Below the pieces are notes generated by a model, which was not told the origin of the DNA, did not search any database, and saw only the letters and a program-made list of their open reading frames with translations. This document shows positions 30,001 through 45,000 of a stretch of 64,000 bases of DNA, piece after piece. Within the stretch, counting starts at the first letter, position 1. The number at the start of each line of letters is the position of its first letter. The stretch lies in NCBI GenBank assembly GCA_043228905.1, contig JBHGNT010000016.1, positions 62,001 through 126,000 on the forward strand, given 5' to 3'. Source of the stretch: Azolla caroliniana. Taxonomy: Eukaryota; Plantae; Polypodiophyta. The translations under genes and the position numbers were made by a program.

Positions 30001-33000
30001 TTCAGAATGTCGATTTTTTAATTCGATATCATAGCTAGCGTTGTTAGCTTCGATACGCATGTTTGAAGACAAAAATCCGATATCACACGAGCCAGGTATG
30101 AACATTTAAATTTGCTCACGTGCTCTTCTCAAGTCCCTTCTCAAATTTGCTAATTTCTTCATGTCTCTCGGCCTGAGTTTCAAAATTTCGATTTTTTAAT
30201 TCCATATCATAGCTAACGTTGTTAGCTTCGATACGCATGTTTGAACACGAAAATCCGATATCACACGAGCCAGGTATGAACATTTTAATTGACGCACGCG
30301 CTCTTCTCAAGGCCCTCCTCAAATTTGCTAATTTCTTCATGTCTCTCGACCTGAGTTTCAAAATCTTGATTTTTTAATTCTATATATCATAGCTAGCGTT
30401 GTTAGCTTCGATACGCATGTTTGAACATAAAAATCCGATATCACACGAGCCAGGTATGAACATTTTAATTTGCTCACGCGCTCTTCTCAAGTCCCTCCTC
30501 AAATTTGCTAATTTCTTCATGTCTCTCGACCTGAGTTTCAGAATGTCGATTTTTTAATTCGATATCATAGCTAGCGTTGTTAGCTTCGATACGCATGTTT
30601 GAACACAAAAATCCGATATCACACGAGCCAGGTATGAACATTTTAATTTGCTCACGTGCTCTTCTCAAGTCCCTTCTCAAATTTGCTAATTTCTTCATGT
30701 CTCTCGGCCTGAGTTTCAAAATTTCGATTTTTTAATTCCATATCATAGCTATCGTTGTTAGCTTCGATACGCATGTTTGAACACGAAAATCCGATATCAC
30801 ACGAGCCAGGTATGAACATTTTAATTGACTCACGCGCTCTTCTCAAGTCCCTCCTCAAATTTGCTAATTTCTTCATGTCTCTCGACCTGAGTTTCAAAAT
30901 CTTGATTTTTTAATTCTATATATCATAGCTAGCGTTGTTAGCTTCGATACGCATGTTTGAACATAAAAATCCGATATCACACGAGTGAGGTATGAACATT
31001 TTAATTTGCTCACGCGCTCTTCTCAAGTCCCTCCTCAAATTTGCTAATTTCTTCATGTCTCTCGACCTGAGTTTCAGAATCTCGATTTTTTAATTCGATA
31101 TCATAGCTAGCGTTGTTAGCTTCGATACGCATGTTTGAACACAAAAATCCGATATCACACGAGCCAGGTATGAACATTTTAATTGACTCACGCGCTCTTC
31201 TCAAGTCCCTCCTCAAATTTGCTAATTTCGTCATGTCTCTCGACCTAAGTTTCAAAATCTCGATTTTCTAATTCTATATCATAGCTAGCGTTGTTAGCTT
31301 CGATAGGCATGTTTGAACACAAAAATCCGATATCACACGAGCCAGGTATGAACATTTTAATTTGCTCACGCGCTATTCTCAAGTCCCTCCTCAAATTTGC
31401 TAATTTCTTCATGTCTCTCGACCTGAGTTTCAAAATCTGGATTTTCTAATTCGATATCATAGCTAGCGTTGTTAGCTTCGATACGCATGTTAGAACATAA
31501 AAATCCGATATCACACGAGTGAGGTATGAACATTTTAATTGACTCACGCGCTCTTCTCAAGTCCCTCCTCAAATTTGCTAATTTCTTCATGTCTCTCGAC
31601 CTGAGTTTCAGAATCTCGATTTTTTAATTATATATCATAGCTAGCGTTGTTAGCTTCGATACGCATGTTTGAACACAAAAATCCGATATCACACGACCCA
31701 GGTATGAACATTTTAATTTGCTCACGCGCTCTTCTCAAGTCCATCCTCAAATTTGCTAATTTCTTCATGTCTCTCGACCTGAGTTTCAAAATCTCGATTT
31801 TTTAATTCTATATCATAGCTAGCGTTGTTAGCTTCGATACGCATGTTTGAACACAAAAATCCGATATCACACGAGCCAGGTATGAACATTTTAATTTAGT
31901 CACGGGCTCTTCTAAAGTCCCTCCTCAAATTTGCTAATTTCTTCATGTCTCTCGGCTTGAGTTTCAAAATCTCGATTTTTTAATTCTATATCAGAGCTAG
32001 CGTTGTTAGCTTCGATACGCATGTTTGAACACAAAAATCCGATATCACACGAGCCAGGTATGAACATTTTAATTTGCTCACGCGCTCTTCTAAAGTCCCT
32101 CCTCAAATTTGCTAATTTCTTCATGTCTCTCGACCTGAGTTTCAAAATCTTGATTTCTTAATTCTATATCATAGCTAGCGTTGTTAGCTTCGATACGCAT
32201 GTTTGAACATAAAAATCCGATATCACACGAGTGAGGTATGAACATTTTAATTGACTCACGCGCTCTTCTCAAGTCCCTCCTCAAATTAGCTAATTTCTTC
32301 ATGTCTCTCGACCTGAGTTTCAGAATGTCGATTTTTTAATTCGATATCATAGCTAGCGTTGTTAGCTTCGATACGCATGTTTGAACACAAAAATCCGATA
32401 TCACACGAGCCAGGTATGAACATTTTAATTTGCTCACGCGCTCTTCTCAAGTCCCTTCTCAAATTTGCTAATTTCTTCATGTCTCTCGGCCTGAGTTTCA
32501 AAATTTCGATTTTTTAATTCCATATCATAGCTAGCGTTGTTAGCTTCGATACGCATGTTTGAACACAAAAATCCGATATCACACGAGCCAGGTATGAACA
32601 TTTTAATTGACTCACGCGCTCTTCTCAAGTCCCTCCTCAAATTTGCTAATTTCTTCATGTCTCTCGGCCTAAGTTTCAAAATTTCGATTTTTTAATTCCA
32701 TATCATAGCTAGCGTTGTTAGCTTCGAGACGCATGTTTGAACACAAAAATCCGATATCACACGAGCCAGGTATGAACATTTTAATTGACTCACGCGCTCT
32801 TCTCAAGTCCCTCCTCAAATTTGCTAATTTCGTCATGTCTCTCGACCTGAGTTTCAAAATCTCGATTTTTTAATTCTATATATCATAGCTAGCGTTGTTA
32901 GCATCGATACGCATGTTTGAACACAAAAATCCGATATCACACGAGCCAGGTATGAACATTTTAATTTAGTCACGGGCTCTTCTCAAGTCCCTCCTCAAAT

Positions 33001-36000
33001 TTGCTAATTTCTTCATGTCTCTCGACCTGAGTTTCAAAATCTCGATTTTTTAATTCTATATCATAGCTAGCGTTGTTAGCTTCGATACACATATTTGAAC
33101 ACAAAAATCCGATATCACACGAGCCAGGTATGAACATTTTAATTGACTCACGCGCTCTTCTCAAGTCCCTCCTCAAATTTGCTAATTTCTTCATGTCTCT
33201 CGGCCTAAGTTTCAAAATTTCGATTTTTTAATTCCATATCATAGCTAGCGTTGTTAGCTTCGAGACGCATGTTTGAACACAAAAATCCGATATCACACGA
33301 GCCAGGTATGAACATTATAATTGACTCACGCGCTCTTCTCAAGTCCCTCCTCAAATTTGCTAATTTCGTCATGTCTCTCGACCTGAGTTTCAAAATCTCG
33401 ATTTTTTAATTCTATATATCATAGCTAGCATTGTTAGCATCGATACGCATGTTTGAACACAAAAATCCGATATCACACGAGCCAGGTATGAACATTTTAA
33501 TTTAGTCACGGGCTCTTGTCAAGTCCCTCCTCAAATTTGCTAATTTCCTCATGTCTCTCGACCTGAGTTTCAAAATCTTGATTTTTTAATTCTATATCAT
33601 AGCTAGCGTTGTTAGCTTCGATACACATATTTGAACACAAAAATCCGATATCACACGAGCCAGGTATGAACATTTTAATTTGCTCACGCGCTCTTCTCAA
33701 GTCCCTCCTCAAATTTGCTAATTTCTTCATGTCTCTCAGCCTGAGTTTCAAAATCTTGATTTTTTAATTCCATATCATAGCTAGCGTTGTTAGCTTCGAT
33801 ACGCATGTTTGAACACAAAAATCCGATATCACACGAGCCAGGTATGAACATTTTAATTGACTCACGCGCTCTTCTCAAGTCCCTCCTCAAATTTGCTAAT
33901 TTCGTCATGTCTCTCGACCTGAGTTTCAAAATCTCAATTTTTTAATTCCATATCATAGCTAGCGTTGTTAGCTTCGATACGCATGTTTGAACATAAAAAT
34001 CCGATATCACACGAGCCAGGTATGAACATTTTAATTTGCTCACGCGCTCTTCTCAAGTCCCTCCTCAAATTTGCTAATTTCTTCATGTCTCTCGACCTGA
34101 GTTTTAGAATCTCGATTTTTTAATTCGATATCATAGCTAGCGTTGTTAGCTTCGATACGCATGTTTGAACACAAAAATCCGATATCACACGAGCCAGGTA
34201 TGAACATTTTAATTGACTCACGCGCTCTTCTCAAGTCCCTCCTCGAATTTGCTAATTTCTTCATGTCTCTCGACCTGAGTTTCAAAATCTCGATTTTTTA
34301 ATTCTATATCATAGCTAACGTTGTTAGCTTCGATACGCATGTTTGAACACAAAAATCCGATATCACACGAGTCAGGTATGAACATTTTAATTGACTCACG
34401 CGCTCTTCTCAAGTCCCTCCTCAAATTTGCTAATTTCTTCATGTCTCTCGACTTGAGTTTCAGAATCTTGATTTTTTAATTCTATATCATAGCTAACGTT
34501 GTTAGCTTCGATACGCATGTTTGAACATAAAAATCCGATATCACACGAGTGAGGTATGAACATTTTAATTGACTCACGCGCTCTTCTCAAGTCCCTCCTC
34601 AAATTTGCTAATTTCGTCATGTCTCTCGACCTAAGTTTCAAAATCTCGATTTTTTAATTCTATATATCATAGCTAGCGTTGTTAGCATCGATACGCATGT
34701 TTGAACACAAAAATCCGATATCACACGAGCCAGGTATGAACATTTTAATTTAGTCACGGGCTCTTCTCAAGTCCCTCCTCAAATTTGCTAATTTCTTCAT
34801 GTCTCTCGACCTGAGTTTCAAAATCTCGATTTTTTAATTCTATATCATAGCTAGCGTTGTTAGCTTCGATACACATATTTGAACACAAAAATCCGATATC
34901 ACACGAGCCAGGTATGAACATTTTAATTTGCTCACGCGCTCTTCTCAAGTCCCTCCTCAAATTTGCTAATTTCTTCATGTCTCTCAGCCTGAGTTTCAAA
35001 ATCTTGATTTTTTAATTCCATATCATAGCTAGCGTTGTTAGCTTCGATAGGCATGTTTGAACACAAAAATCCGATATCACACGAGCCAGGTATGAACATT
35101 TTAATTGACTCACGCGCTCTTCTCAAGTCCCTCCTCAAATTTGCTAATTTCGTCATGTCTCTCGACCTGAGTTTCAAAATCTCAATTTTTTAATTCCATA
35201 TCATAGCTAGCGTTGTGAGCTTCGATACGCATGTTTGAACATAAAAATCCGATATCACACGAGCCAGGTATGAACATTTTAATTGAGTCACGCGCTCTTC
35301 TCAAGTCCCTCCTCAAATTAGCTAATTTTTTCATGTCTCTCGACCTGAGTTTCAGAATGTCGATTTTTTAATTCGATATCATAGCTAGCGTTGTTAGCTT
35401 CGATACGCATGTTTGAACACAAAAATCCGATATCACACGAGCCAGGTATGAACATTTTAATTTAGTCACGGGCTCTTCTAAAGTCCCTCCTCAAATTTGC
35501 TAATTTCTTCATGTCTCTCGGCCTGAGTTTCAAAATCTTGATTTTTTAATTCTATATCAGAGCTAGCGTTGTTAGCTTCGATACGCATGTTTGAACACAA
35601 AAATCCGATATCACACGAGCCAGGTATGAACATTTTAATTTGCTCACGCGCTCTTCTCAAGTCCCTCCTCAAATTTGTTAATTTCTTCATGTCTCTCGAC
35701 CTGAGTTTCAAAATCTTGATTTTTTAATTCTATATCATAGCTAGTGTTGTTAGCTTGGATACGCATCTTTGAACATAAAAATCCGATATCACACGAGTGA
35801 GGTATGAACATTTTAATTGACTCACGCGCTCTTCTCAAGTCCCTCCTCAAATTAGCTAATTTCTTCATGTCTCTCGACCTGAGTTTCAGAATGTCGATTT
35901 TTTAATTCGATATCATAGCTAGCGTTGTTAGCTTCGATACGCATGTTTGAACACAAAAATCCGATATCACACGAGCCAGGTATGAACATTTTAATTTGCT

Positions 36001-39000
36001 CACGCGCTCTTCTCAAGTCCCTTCTCAAATTTGCTAATTTCTTCATGTCTCTCGGCCTGAGTTTCAAAATTTCGATTTTTTAATTCCATATCATAGCTAG
36101 CGTTGTTAGCTTCGATACGCATGTTTGAACACGAAAATCCGATATCACACGAGCCAGGTATGAACATTTTAATTGACTCACGCGCTCTTCTCAAGTCCCT
36201 CCTCAAATTTGCTAATTTCTTCATGTCTCTCGGCCTGAGTTTCAAAATTTCGATTTTTTAATTCCATATCATAGCTAGCGTTGTTAGCTTCGAGACGCAT
36301 GTTTGAACACAAAAATCCGATATCACACGAGTGAGGTATGAACATTTTAATTGACTCACGCGCTCTTCTCAAGTCCCTCCTCAAATTAGCTAATTTCGTC
36401 ATGTCTCTCGACCTGAGTTTCAAAATCTCGATTTTTTAATTCTATATATCATAGCTAGCGTTGTTAGCTTCGATACGCATGTTTGAACACAAAAATCCGA
36501 TATCACACGAGCCAGGTATGAACATTTTAATTTAGTCACGGGCTCTTGTCAACTCCCTCCTCAAATTTGCTAATTTCTTCATGTCTCTCGACCTGAGTTT
36601 CAAAATTTCGATTTTTTAATTCCATATCATAGCTAGCGTTGTTAGCTTCGATACGCATGTTTGAACACGAAAATCTGATATCACACGAGCCAGGTATGAA
36701 CATTTTAATTGACTCACGCGCTCTTCTCAAGTCCCTCCTCAAATTTGCTAATTTCTTCATGTCTCTCGGCCTGAGTTTCAAAATTTCGATTTTTTAATTC
36801 CATATCATAGCTAGCGTTGTTAGCTTCGAGACGCATGTTTGAACACAAAAATCCGATATCACACGAGCCAGGTATGAACATTTTAATTGACTCACGCGCT
36901 CTTCTCAAGTCCCTCCTCAAATTTGCTAATTTCGTCATGTCTCTCGACCTGAGTTTCAAAATCTCGATTTTTTAATTCTATATATCATAGCTAGCGTTGT
37001 TAGCATCGATACGCATGTTTGAACACAAAAATCCGATATCACACGAGCCAGGTATGAACATTTTAATTTAGTCACGGGGTCTTCTCAAGTCCCTCCTCAA
37101 ATTTGCTAATTTCTTCATGTCTCTCGACCTGAGTTTCAAAATCTCGATTTTTGAATTCTATATCATAGCTAGCGTTGTTAGCTTCGATACGCATGTTTGA
37201 ACACAAAAATCCGATATCACACGAGCCAGGTATGAACATTTTAATTGACTCACGCGCTCTTCTCAAGTCCCTCCTCAAATTTGCTAATTTCGTCATGTCT
37301 CTCGACCTGAGTTTCAAAATCTCGATTTTTTAATTCTATATATCATAGCTAGCGTTGTTAGCATCGATACGCATGTTTGAACACAAAAATCCGATATCAC
37401 ACGAGCCAGGTATGAACATTTTAATTTAGTCACGGGCTCTTCTCAAGTCCCTCCTCAAATTTGCTAATTTCTTCATGTCTCTCGACCTGAGTTTCAAAAT
37501 CTCGATTTTTGAATTCTATATCATAGCTAGCGTTGTTAGCTTCGATACGCATGTTTGAACACAAAAATCCGATATCACACGAGCCAGGTATGAACATTTT
37601 AATTGACTCACGCGCTCTTCTAAAGTCCCTCCTCAAATTTGCTAATTTCTTCATGTCTCTCGGCCTGAGTTTCAAAATCTTGATTTTTTAATTCTATATC
37701 AGAGCTAGCGTTGTTAGCTTCGATACGCATGTTTGAACATAAAAATCCGATATCACACGAGCCAGGTATGAACATTTTAATTGACTCACGCGCTCTTCTC
37801 AAGTCCCTCCTCAAATTAGCTAATTTCTTCATGTCTGTCGACCTGAGTTTCAGAATGTCGATTTTTTAATTCGATATCATAGCTAGCGTTGTTAGCTTCG
37901 ATACGCATGTTTGAACACAAAAATCCGATATCACACGAGCTAGGTATGAACATTTTAATTTACCTACTAGCGCTTGTCAACTCCCTCCTCAAATTTGCTA
38001 ATTTCTGCATGTCTCTCGACCTGAGTTTCAAAATCTTGATTTTTTAATTCCATATCAGAGCTAGCGTTGTTAGCTTTGATTTGCATGTTTGAACACCGAA
38101 ATCCGATAGCACACGAGCTAGGTATGAACATTTTAATTTACTAACGCGCTCTTCTCCACTACCTCCTCAAATTTGCTAATTTCTTCATGTCTCTCGACCT
38201 GAGTTTCAAAATCTTGATTTTTTAATTCCATAACATAGCTAGCGCTGTTAGCTTCGATTCACATGTTTGAACACAAAAATCCGATATCACACGAGCCACG
38301 GATGAACATTTTAATTTACCTACTAGCGCTTGTCAACTCCTTCCCCAAATTTGCTAATTTCTTCATGTCTCTCGGCCTGAGTTTCAAAATTTTGATTTTT
38401 TAATTCCATATCATAGCTAGCGTTGTGAGCTTCGATACGCATGTTTGAACATAAAAATCCGATATCACACGAGCCAGGTATGAACATTTTAATTGACTCA
38501 CGCGCTCTTCGCAAGTCCCTCCTCAAATTAGCTAATTTCTTCATGTCTCTCGACCTGAGTTTCAGAATGTCGATTTTTTAATTCGATATCATAGCTAGCG
38601 TTGTTAGCTTCGATACGCATGTTTGAACACAAAAATCCGATATCACACGAGCCAGGTATGAACATTTTAATTTGCTCACGCGCTCTTCTCAAGTCCCTTC
38701 TCAAATTTGCTAATTTCTTCATGTCTCTCGGCCTGAGTTTCAAAATTTTGATTTTTTAATTCCATATCATAGCTAGCGTTGTTAGCTTCGATACGCATGT
38801 TTGAACACGAAAATCCGACATCACACGAGCCAGGTATGAACATTTTAATTGACTCACGCGCTCTTCTCAAGTCCCTCCTCTAATTAGCTAATTTCTTCAT
38901 GTCTCTCGGTCTGAGTTTCAAGATCTTGATTTTTTAATTCTATATCATAGCTAGCGTTGTTAGCTTCGATAGGCATGTTTGAACACAAAAATCCGATATC

Positions 39001-42000
39001 ACACGAGCCAGGTATGAACATTTTAATTTGCTCACGCGCTCTTCTCAAGTCCCTCCTCAAATTTGCTAATTTCTTCATGTCTCTCGACCTGAGTTTCAAA
39101 ATCTCGATTTTTTAATTCTATATCATAGCTAGCGTTGTTAGCTTCGATACGCATGTTTGAACACAAAAATCCGATATCACACGAGCCAGGTATGAACATT
39201 TTAATTTAGTCACGGGCTCTTCTAAAGTCCCTCCTCAAATTTGCTAATTTCTTCATGTCTCTCGGCCTGAGTTTCAAAATCTTGATTTTTTAATTCTATA
39301 TCAGAGCTAGCGTTGTTAGCTTCGATACGCATGTTTGGACACGAAAATCCGATATCACACGAGCCAGGTATGAACATTTTAATTGACTCACGCGCTCTTC
39401 TCAAGTCCCTCCTCAAATTTGCTAATTTCTTCATGTCTCTCGACCTGAGTTTCAAAATCTTGATTTTTTAATTCCATAACATAGCTAGTGTTGTTAGCTT
39501 CGATTCACATGTTTGAATACAGAAATCCGATATCCCACGAGCCACGGATGAACATTTTAATTTACCTACTAGCGCTTGTCAACTCCCTCCTCAAATTTGC
39601 TAATTTCTTCATGTCTCTCGACCTGAGTTTCAAAATCTTGATTTTTTAATTCCATAACATAGCTAGCATTGTTAGCTTCAATTCGCATGTTTGAACACAG
39701 AAATCCGGTATCACACGAGCCTGGTATGAACATTTAAATTTACTAACGCGCTCTTCTCCACTACGTCCTCAAATTTGCTAATTTCTTCATGTCTCTCGAC
39801 CTGAGTTTCAAAATTTCGATTTTTTAATTCCATATCATAGCTAGCGTTGTTAGCTTCGATACGCATGTTTGAACACGAAAATCCGATATCACACGAGCCA
39901 GGTATGAACATTTTAATTGACTCACGCGCTCTTCTCAAGTCCCTCCTCAAATTTGCTAATTTCTTCATGTCTCTCGGCCTGAGTTTCAAAATTTCGATTT
40001 TTTAATTCCATATCATAGCTAGCGTTGTTAGCTTCGAGACGCATGTTTGAACACAAAAATCCGATATCACACGAGCCAGGTATGAACATTTTAATTGACT
40101 CACGCGCTCTTCTCAAGTCCCTCCTCAAATTTGCTAATTTCGTCATGTCTCTCGACCTGAGTTTCAAAATCTCGATTTTTTAATTCTATATATCATAGCT
40201 AGCGTTGTTAGCATCGATACGCATGTTTGAACACAAAAATCCGATATCACACGAGCCAGGTATGAACATTTTAATTTAGTCACGGGCTCTTCTCAAGTCC
40301 CTCCTCAAATTTGCTAATTTCTTCATGTCTCTCGACCTAAGTTTCAAAATCTCGATTTTTGAATTCTATATCATAGCTAGCGTTGTTAGCTTCGATACGC
40401 ATGTTTGAACACAAAAATCCGATATCACACGAGCCAGGTATGAACATTTTAATTTAGTCACGGGCTCTTCTAAAGTCCCTCCTCAAATTTGCTAATTTCT
40501 TCATGTCTCTCGGCCTGAGTTTCAAAATCTTGATTTTTTAATTCTATATCAGAGCTAGCGTTGTTAGCTTCGATACGCATGTTTGGACACGAAAATCCGA
40601 TATCACACGAGCCAGGTATGAACATTTTAATTGACTCACGCGCTCTTCTCAAGTCCCTCCTCAAATTTGCTAATTTCTTCATGTCTCTCGACCTGAGTTT
40701 CAAAATCTCGATTTTTGAATTCTATATCATAGCTAGCGTTGTTAGCTTCGATACGCATGTTTGAACACAAAAATCCGATATCACACGAGCCAGGTATGAA
40801 CATTTTAATTGACTCACGCGCTCTTCTAAAGTCCCTCCTCAAATTTGCTAATTTCTTCATGTCTCTCGGCCTGAGTTTCAAAATCTTGATTTTTTAATTC
40901 TATATCAGAGCTAGCGTTGTTAGCTTCGATACGCATGTTTGAACATAAAAATCCGATATCACACGAGCCAGGTATGAACATTTTAATTGACTCACGCGCT
41001 CTTCTCAAGTCCCTCCTCAAATTAGCTAATTTCTTCATGTCTGTCGACCTGAGTTTCAGAATGTCGATTTTTTAATTCGATATCATAGCTAGCGTTGTTA
41101 GCTTCGATACGCATGTTTGAACACAAAAATCCGATATCACACGAGCTAGGTATGAACATTTTAATTTACCTACTAGCGCTTGTCAACTCCCTCCTCAAAT
41201 TTGCTAATTTCTGCATGTCTCTCGACCTGAGTTTCAAAATCTTGATTTTTTAATTCCATATCAGAGCTAGCGTTGTTAGCTTTGATTTGCATGTTTGAAC
41301 ACCGAAATCCGATAGCACACGAGCTAGGTATGAACATTTTAATTTACTAACGCGCTCTTCTCCACTACCTCCTCAAATTTGCTAATTTCTTCATGTCTCT
41401 CGACCTGAGTTTCAAAATCTTGATTTTTTAATTCCATAACATAGCTAGCGCTGTTAGCTTCGATTCACATGTTTGAACACAAAAATTCGATATCACACGA
41501 GCCACGGATGAACATTTTAATTTACCTACTAGCGCTTGTCAACTCCTTCCCCAAATTTGCTAATTTCTTCATGTCTCTCGGCCTGAGTTTCAAAATTTTG
41601 ATTTTTTAATTCCATATCATAGCTAGCGTTGTGAGCTTCGATACGCATGTTTGAACATAAAAATCCGATATCACACGAGCCAGGTATGAACATTTTAATT
41701 GACTCACGCGCTCTTCGCAAGTCCCTCCTCAAATTAGCTAATTTCTTCATGTCTCTCGACCTGAGTTTCAGAATGTCGATTTTTTAATTCGATATCATAG
41801 CTAGCGTTGTTAGCTTCGATACGCATGTTTGAACACAAAAATCCGATATCACACGAGCCAGGTATGAACATTTTAATTTGCTCACGCGCTCTTCTCAAGT
41901 CCCTTCTCAAATTTGCTAATTTCTTCATGTCTCTCGGCCTGAGTTTCAAAATTTTGATTTTTTAATTCCATATCATAGCTAGCGTTGTTAGCTTCGATAC

Positions 42001-45000
42001 GCATGTTTGAACACGAAAATCCGACATCACACGAGCCAGGTATGAACATTTTAATTGACTCACGCGCTCTTCTCAAGTCCCTCCTCTAATTAGCTAATTT
42101 CTTCATGTCTCTCGGTCTGAGTTTCAAGATCTTGATTTTTTAATTCTATATCATAGCTAGCGTTGTTAGCTTCGATAGGCATGTTTGAACACAAAAATCC
42201 GATATCACACGAGCCAGGTATGAACATTTTAATTTAGTCACGGGCTCTTGTCAACTCCCTCCTCAAATTTGCTAATTTCTTCATGTCTCTCGACCTGAGT
42301 TTCAAAATTTCGATTTTTTAATTCCATATCATAGCTAGCGTTGTTAGCTTCGATACGCATGTTTGAACACGAAAATCCGATATCACACGAGCCAGGTATG
42401 AACATTTTAATTGACTCACGCGCTCTTCTCAAGTCCCTCCTCAAATTTGCTAATCTCTTCATGTCTCTCGGCCTGAGTTTCAAAATTTCGATTTTTTAAT
42501 TCCATATCATAGCTAGCGTTGTTAGCTTCGAGACGCATGTTTGAACACAAAAATCCGATATCACACGAGCCAGGTATGAACATTTTAATTGACTCACGCG
42601 CTCTTCTCAAGTCCCTCCTCAAATTTGCTAATTTCGTCATGTCTCTCGACCTGAGTTTCAAAATCTCGATTTTTTAATTCTATATATCATAGCTAGCGTT
42701 GTTAGCATCGATACGCATGTTTGAACACAAAAATCCGATATCACACGAGCCAGGTATGAACATTTTAATTTAGTCACGGGGTCTTCTCAAGTCCCTCCTC
42801 AAATTTGCTAATTTCTTCATGTCTCTCGACCTGAGTTTCAAAATCTCGATTTTTGAATTCTATATCATAGCTAGCGTTGTTAGCTTCGATACGCATGTTT
42901 GAACACAAAAATCCGATATCACACGAGCCAGGTATGAACATTTTAATTGACTCACGCGCTCTTCTCAAGTCCCTCCTCAAATTTGCTAATTTCGTCATGT
43001 CTCTCGACCTGAGTTTCAAAATCTCGATTTTTTAATTCTATATATCATAGCTAGCGTTGTTAGCATCGATACGCATGTTTGAACACAAAAATCCGATATC
43101 ACACGAGCCAGGTATGAACATTTTAATTTAGTCACGGGCTCTTCTCAAGTCCCTCCTCAAATTTGCTAATTTCTTCATGTCTCTCGACCTGAGTTTCAAA
43201 ATCTCGATTTTTGAATTCTATATCATAGCTAGCGTTGTTAGCTTCGATACGCATGTTTGAACACAAAAATCCGATATCACACGAGCCAGGTATGAACATT
43301 TTAATTGACTCACGCGCTCTTCTAAAGTCCCTCCTCAAATTTGCTAATTTCTTCATGTCTCTCGGCCTGAGTTTCAAAATCTTGATTTTTTAATTCTATA
43401 TCAGAGCTAGCGTTGTTAGCTTCGATACGCATGTTTGAACATAAAAATCCGATATCACACGAGCCAGGTATGAACATTTTAATTGACTCACGCGCTCTTC
43501 TCAAGTCCCTCCTCAAATTAGCTAATTTCTTCATGTCTGTCGACCTGAGTTTCAGAATGTCGATTTTTTAATTCGATATCATAGCTAGCGTTGTTAGCTT
43601 CGATACGCATGTTTGAACACAAAAATCCGATATCACACGAGCTAGGTATGAACATTTTAATTTACCTACTAGCGCTTGTCAACTCCCTCCTCAAATTTGC
43701 TAATTTCTGCATGTCTCTCGACCTGAGTTTCAAAATCTTGATTTTTTAATTCCATATCAGAGCTAGCGTTGTTAGCTTTGATTTGCATGTTTGAACACCG
43801 AAATCCGATAGCACACGAGCTAGGTATGAACATTTTAATTTACTAACGCGCTCTTCTCCACTACCTCCTCAAATTTGCTAATTTCTTCATGTCTCTCGAC
43901 CTGAGTTTCAAAATCTTGATTTTTTAATTCCATAACATAGCTAGCGCTGTTAGCTTCGATTCACATGTTTGAACACAAAAATCCGATATCACACGAGCCA
44001 CGGATGAACATTTTAATTTACCTACTAGCGCTTGTCAACTCCTTCCCCAAATTTGCTAATTTCTTCATGTCTCTCGGCCTGAGTTTCAAAATTTTGATTT
44101 TTTAATTCCATATCATAGCTAGCGTTGTGAGCTTCGATACGCATGTTTGAACATAAAAATCCGATATCACACGAGCCAGGTATGAACATTTTAATTGACT
44201 CACGCGCTCTTCGCAAGTCCCTCCTCAAATTAGCTAATTTCTTCATGTCTCTCGACCTGAGTTTCAGAATGTCGATTTTTTAATTCGATATCATAGCTAG
44301 CGTTGTTAGCTTCGATACGCATGTTTGAACACAAAAATCCGATATCACACGAGCCAGGTATGAACATTTTAATTTGCTCACGCGCTCTTCTCAAGTCCCT
44401 TCTCAAATTTGCTAATTTCTTCATGTCTCTCGGCCTGAGTTTCAAAATTTTGATTTTTTAATTCCATATCATAGCTAGCGTTGTTAGCTTCGATACGCAT
44501 GTTTGAACACGAAAATCCGACATCACACGAGCCAGGTATGAACATTTTAATTGACTCACGCGCTCTTCTCAAGTCCCTCCTCTAATTAGCTAATTTCTTC
44601 ATGTCTCTCGGTCTGAGTTTCAAGATCTTGATTTTTTAATTCTATATCATAGCTAGCGTTGTTAGCTTCGATAGGCATGTTTGAACACAAAAATCCGATA
44701 TCACACGAGCCAGGTATGAACATTTTAATTTGCTCACGCGCTCTTCTCAAGTCCCTCCTCAAATTTGCTAATTTCTTCATGTCTCTCGACCTGAGTTTCA
44801 AAATCTCGATTTTTTAATTCTATATCATAGCTAGCGTTGTTAGCTTCGATACGCATGTTTGAACACAAAAATCCGATATCACACGAGCCAGGTATGAACA
44901 TTTTAATTTAGTCACGGGCTCTTCTAAAGTCCCTCCTCAAATTTGCTAATTTCTTCATGTCTCTCGGCCTGAGTTTCAAAATCTTGATTTTTTAATTCTA

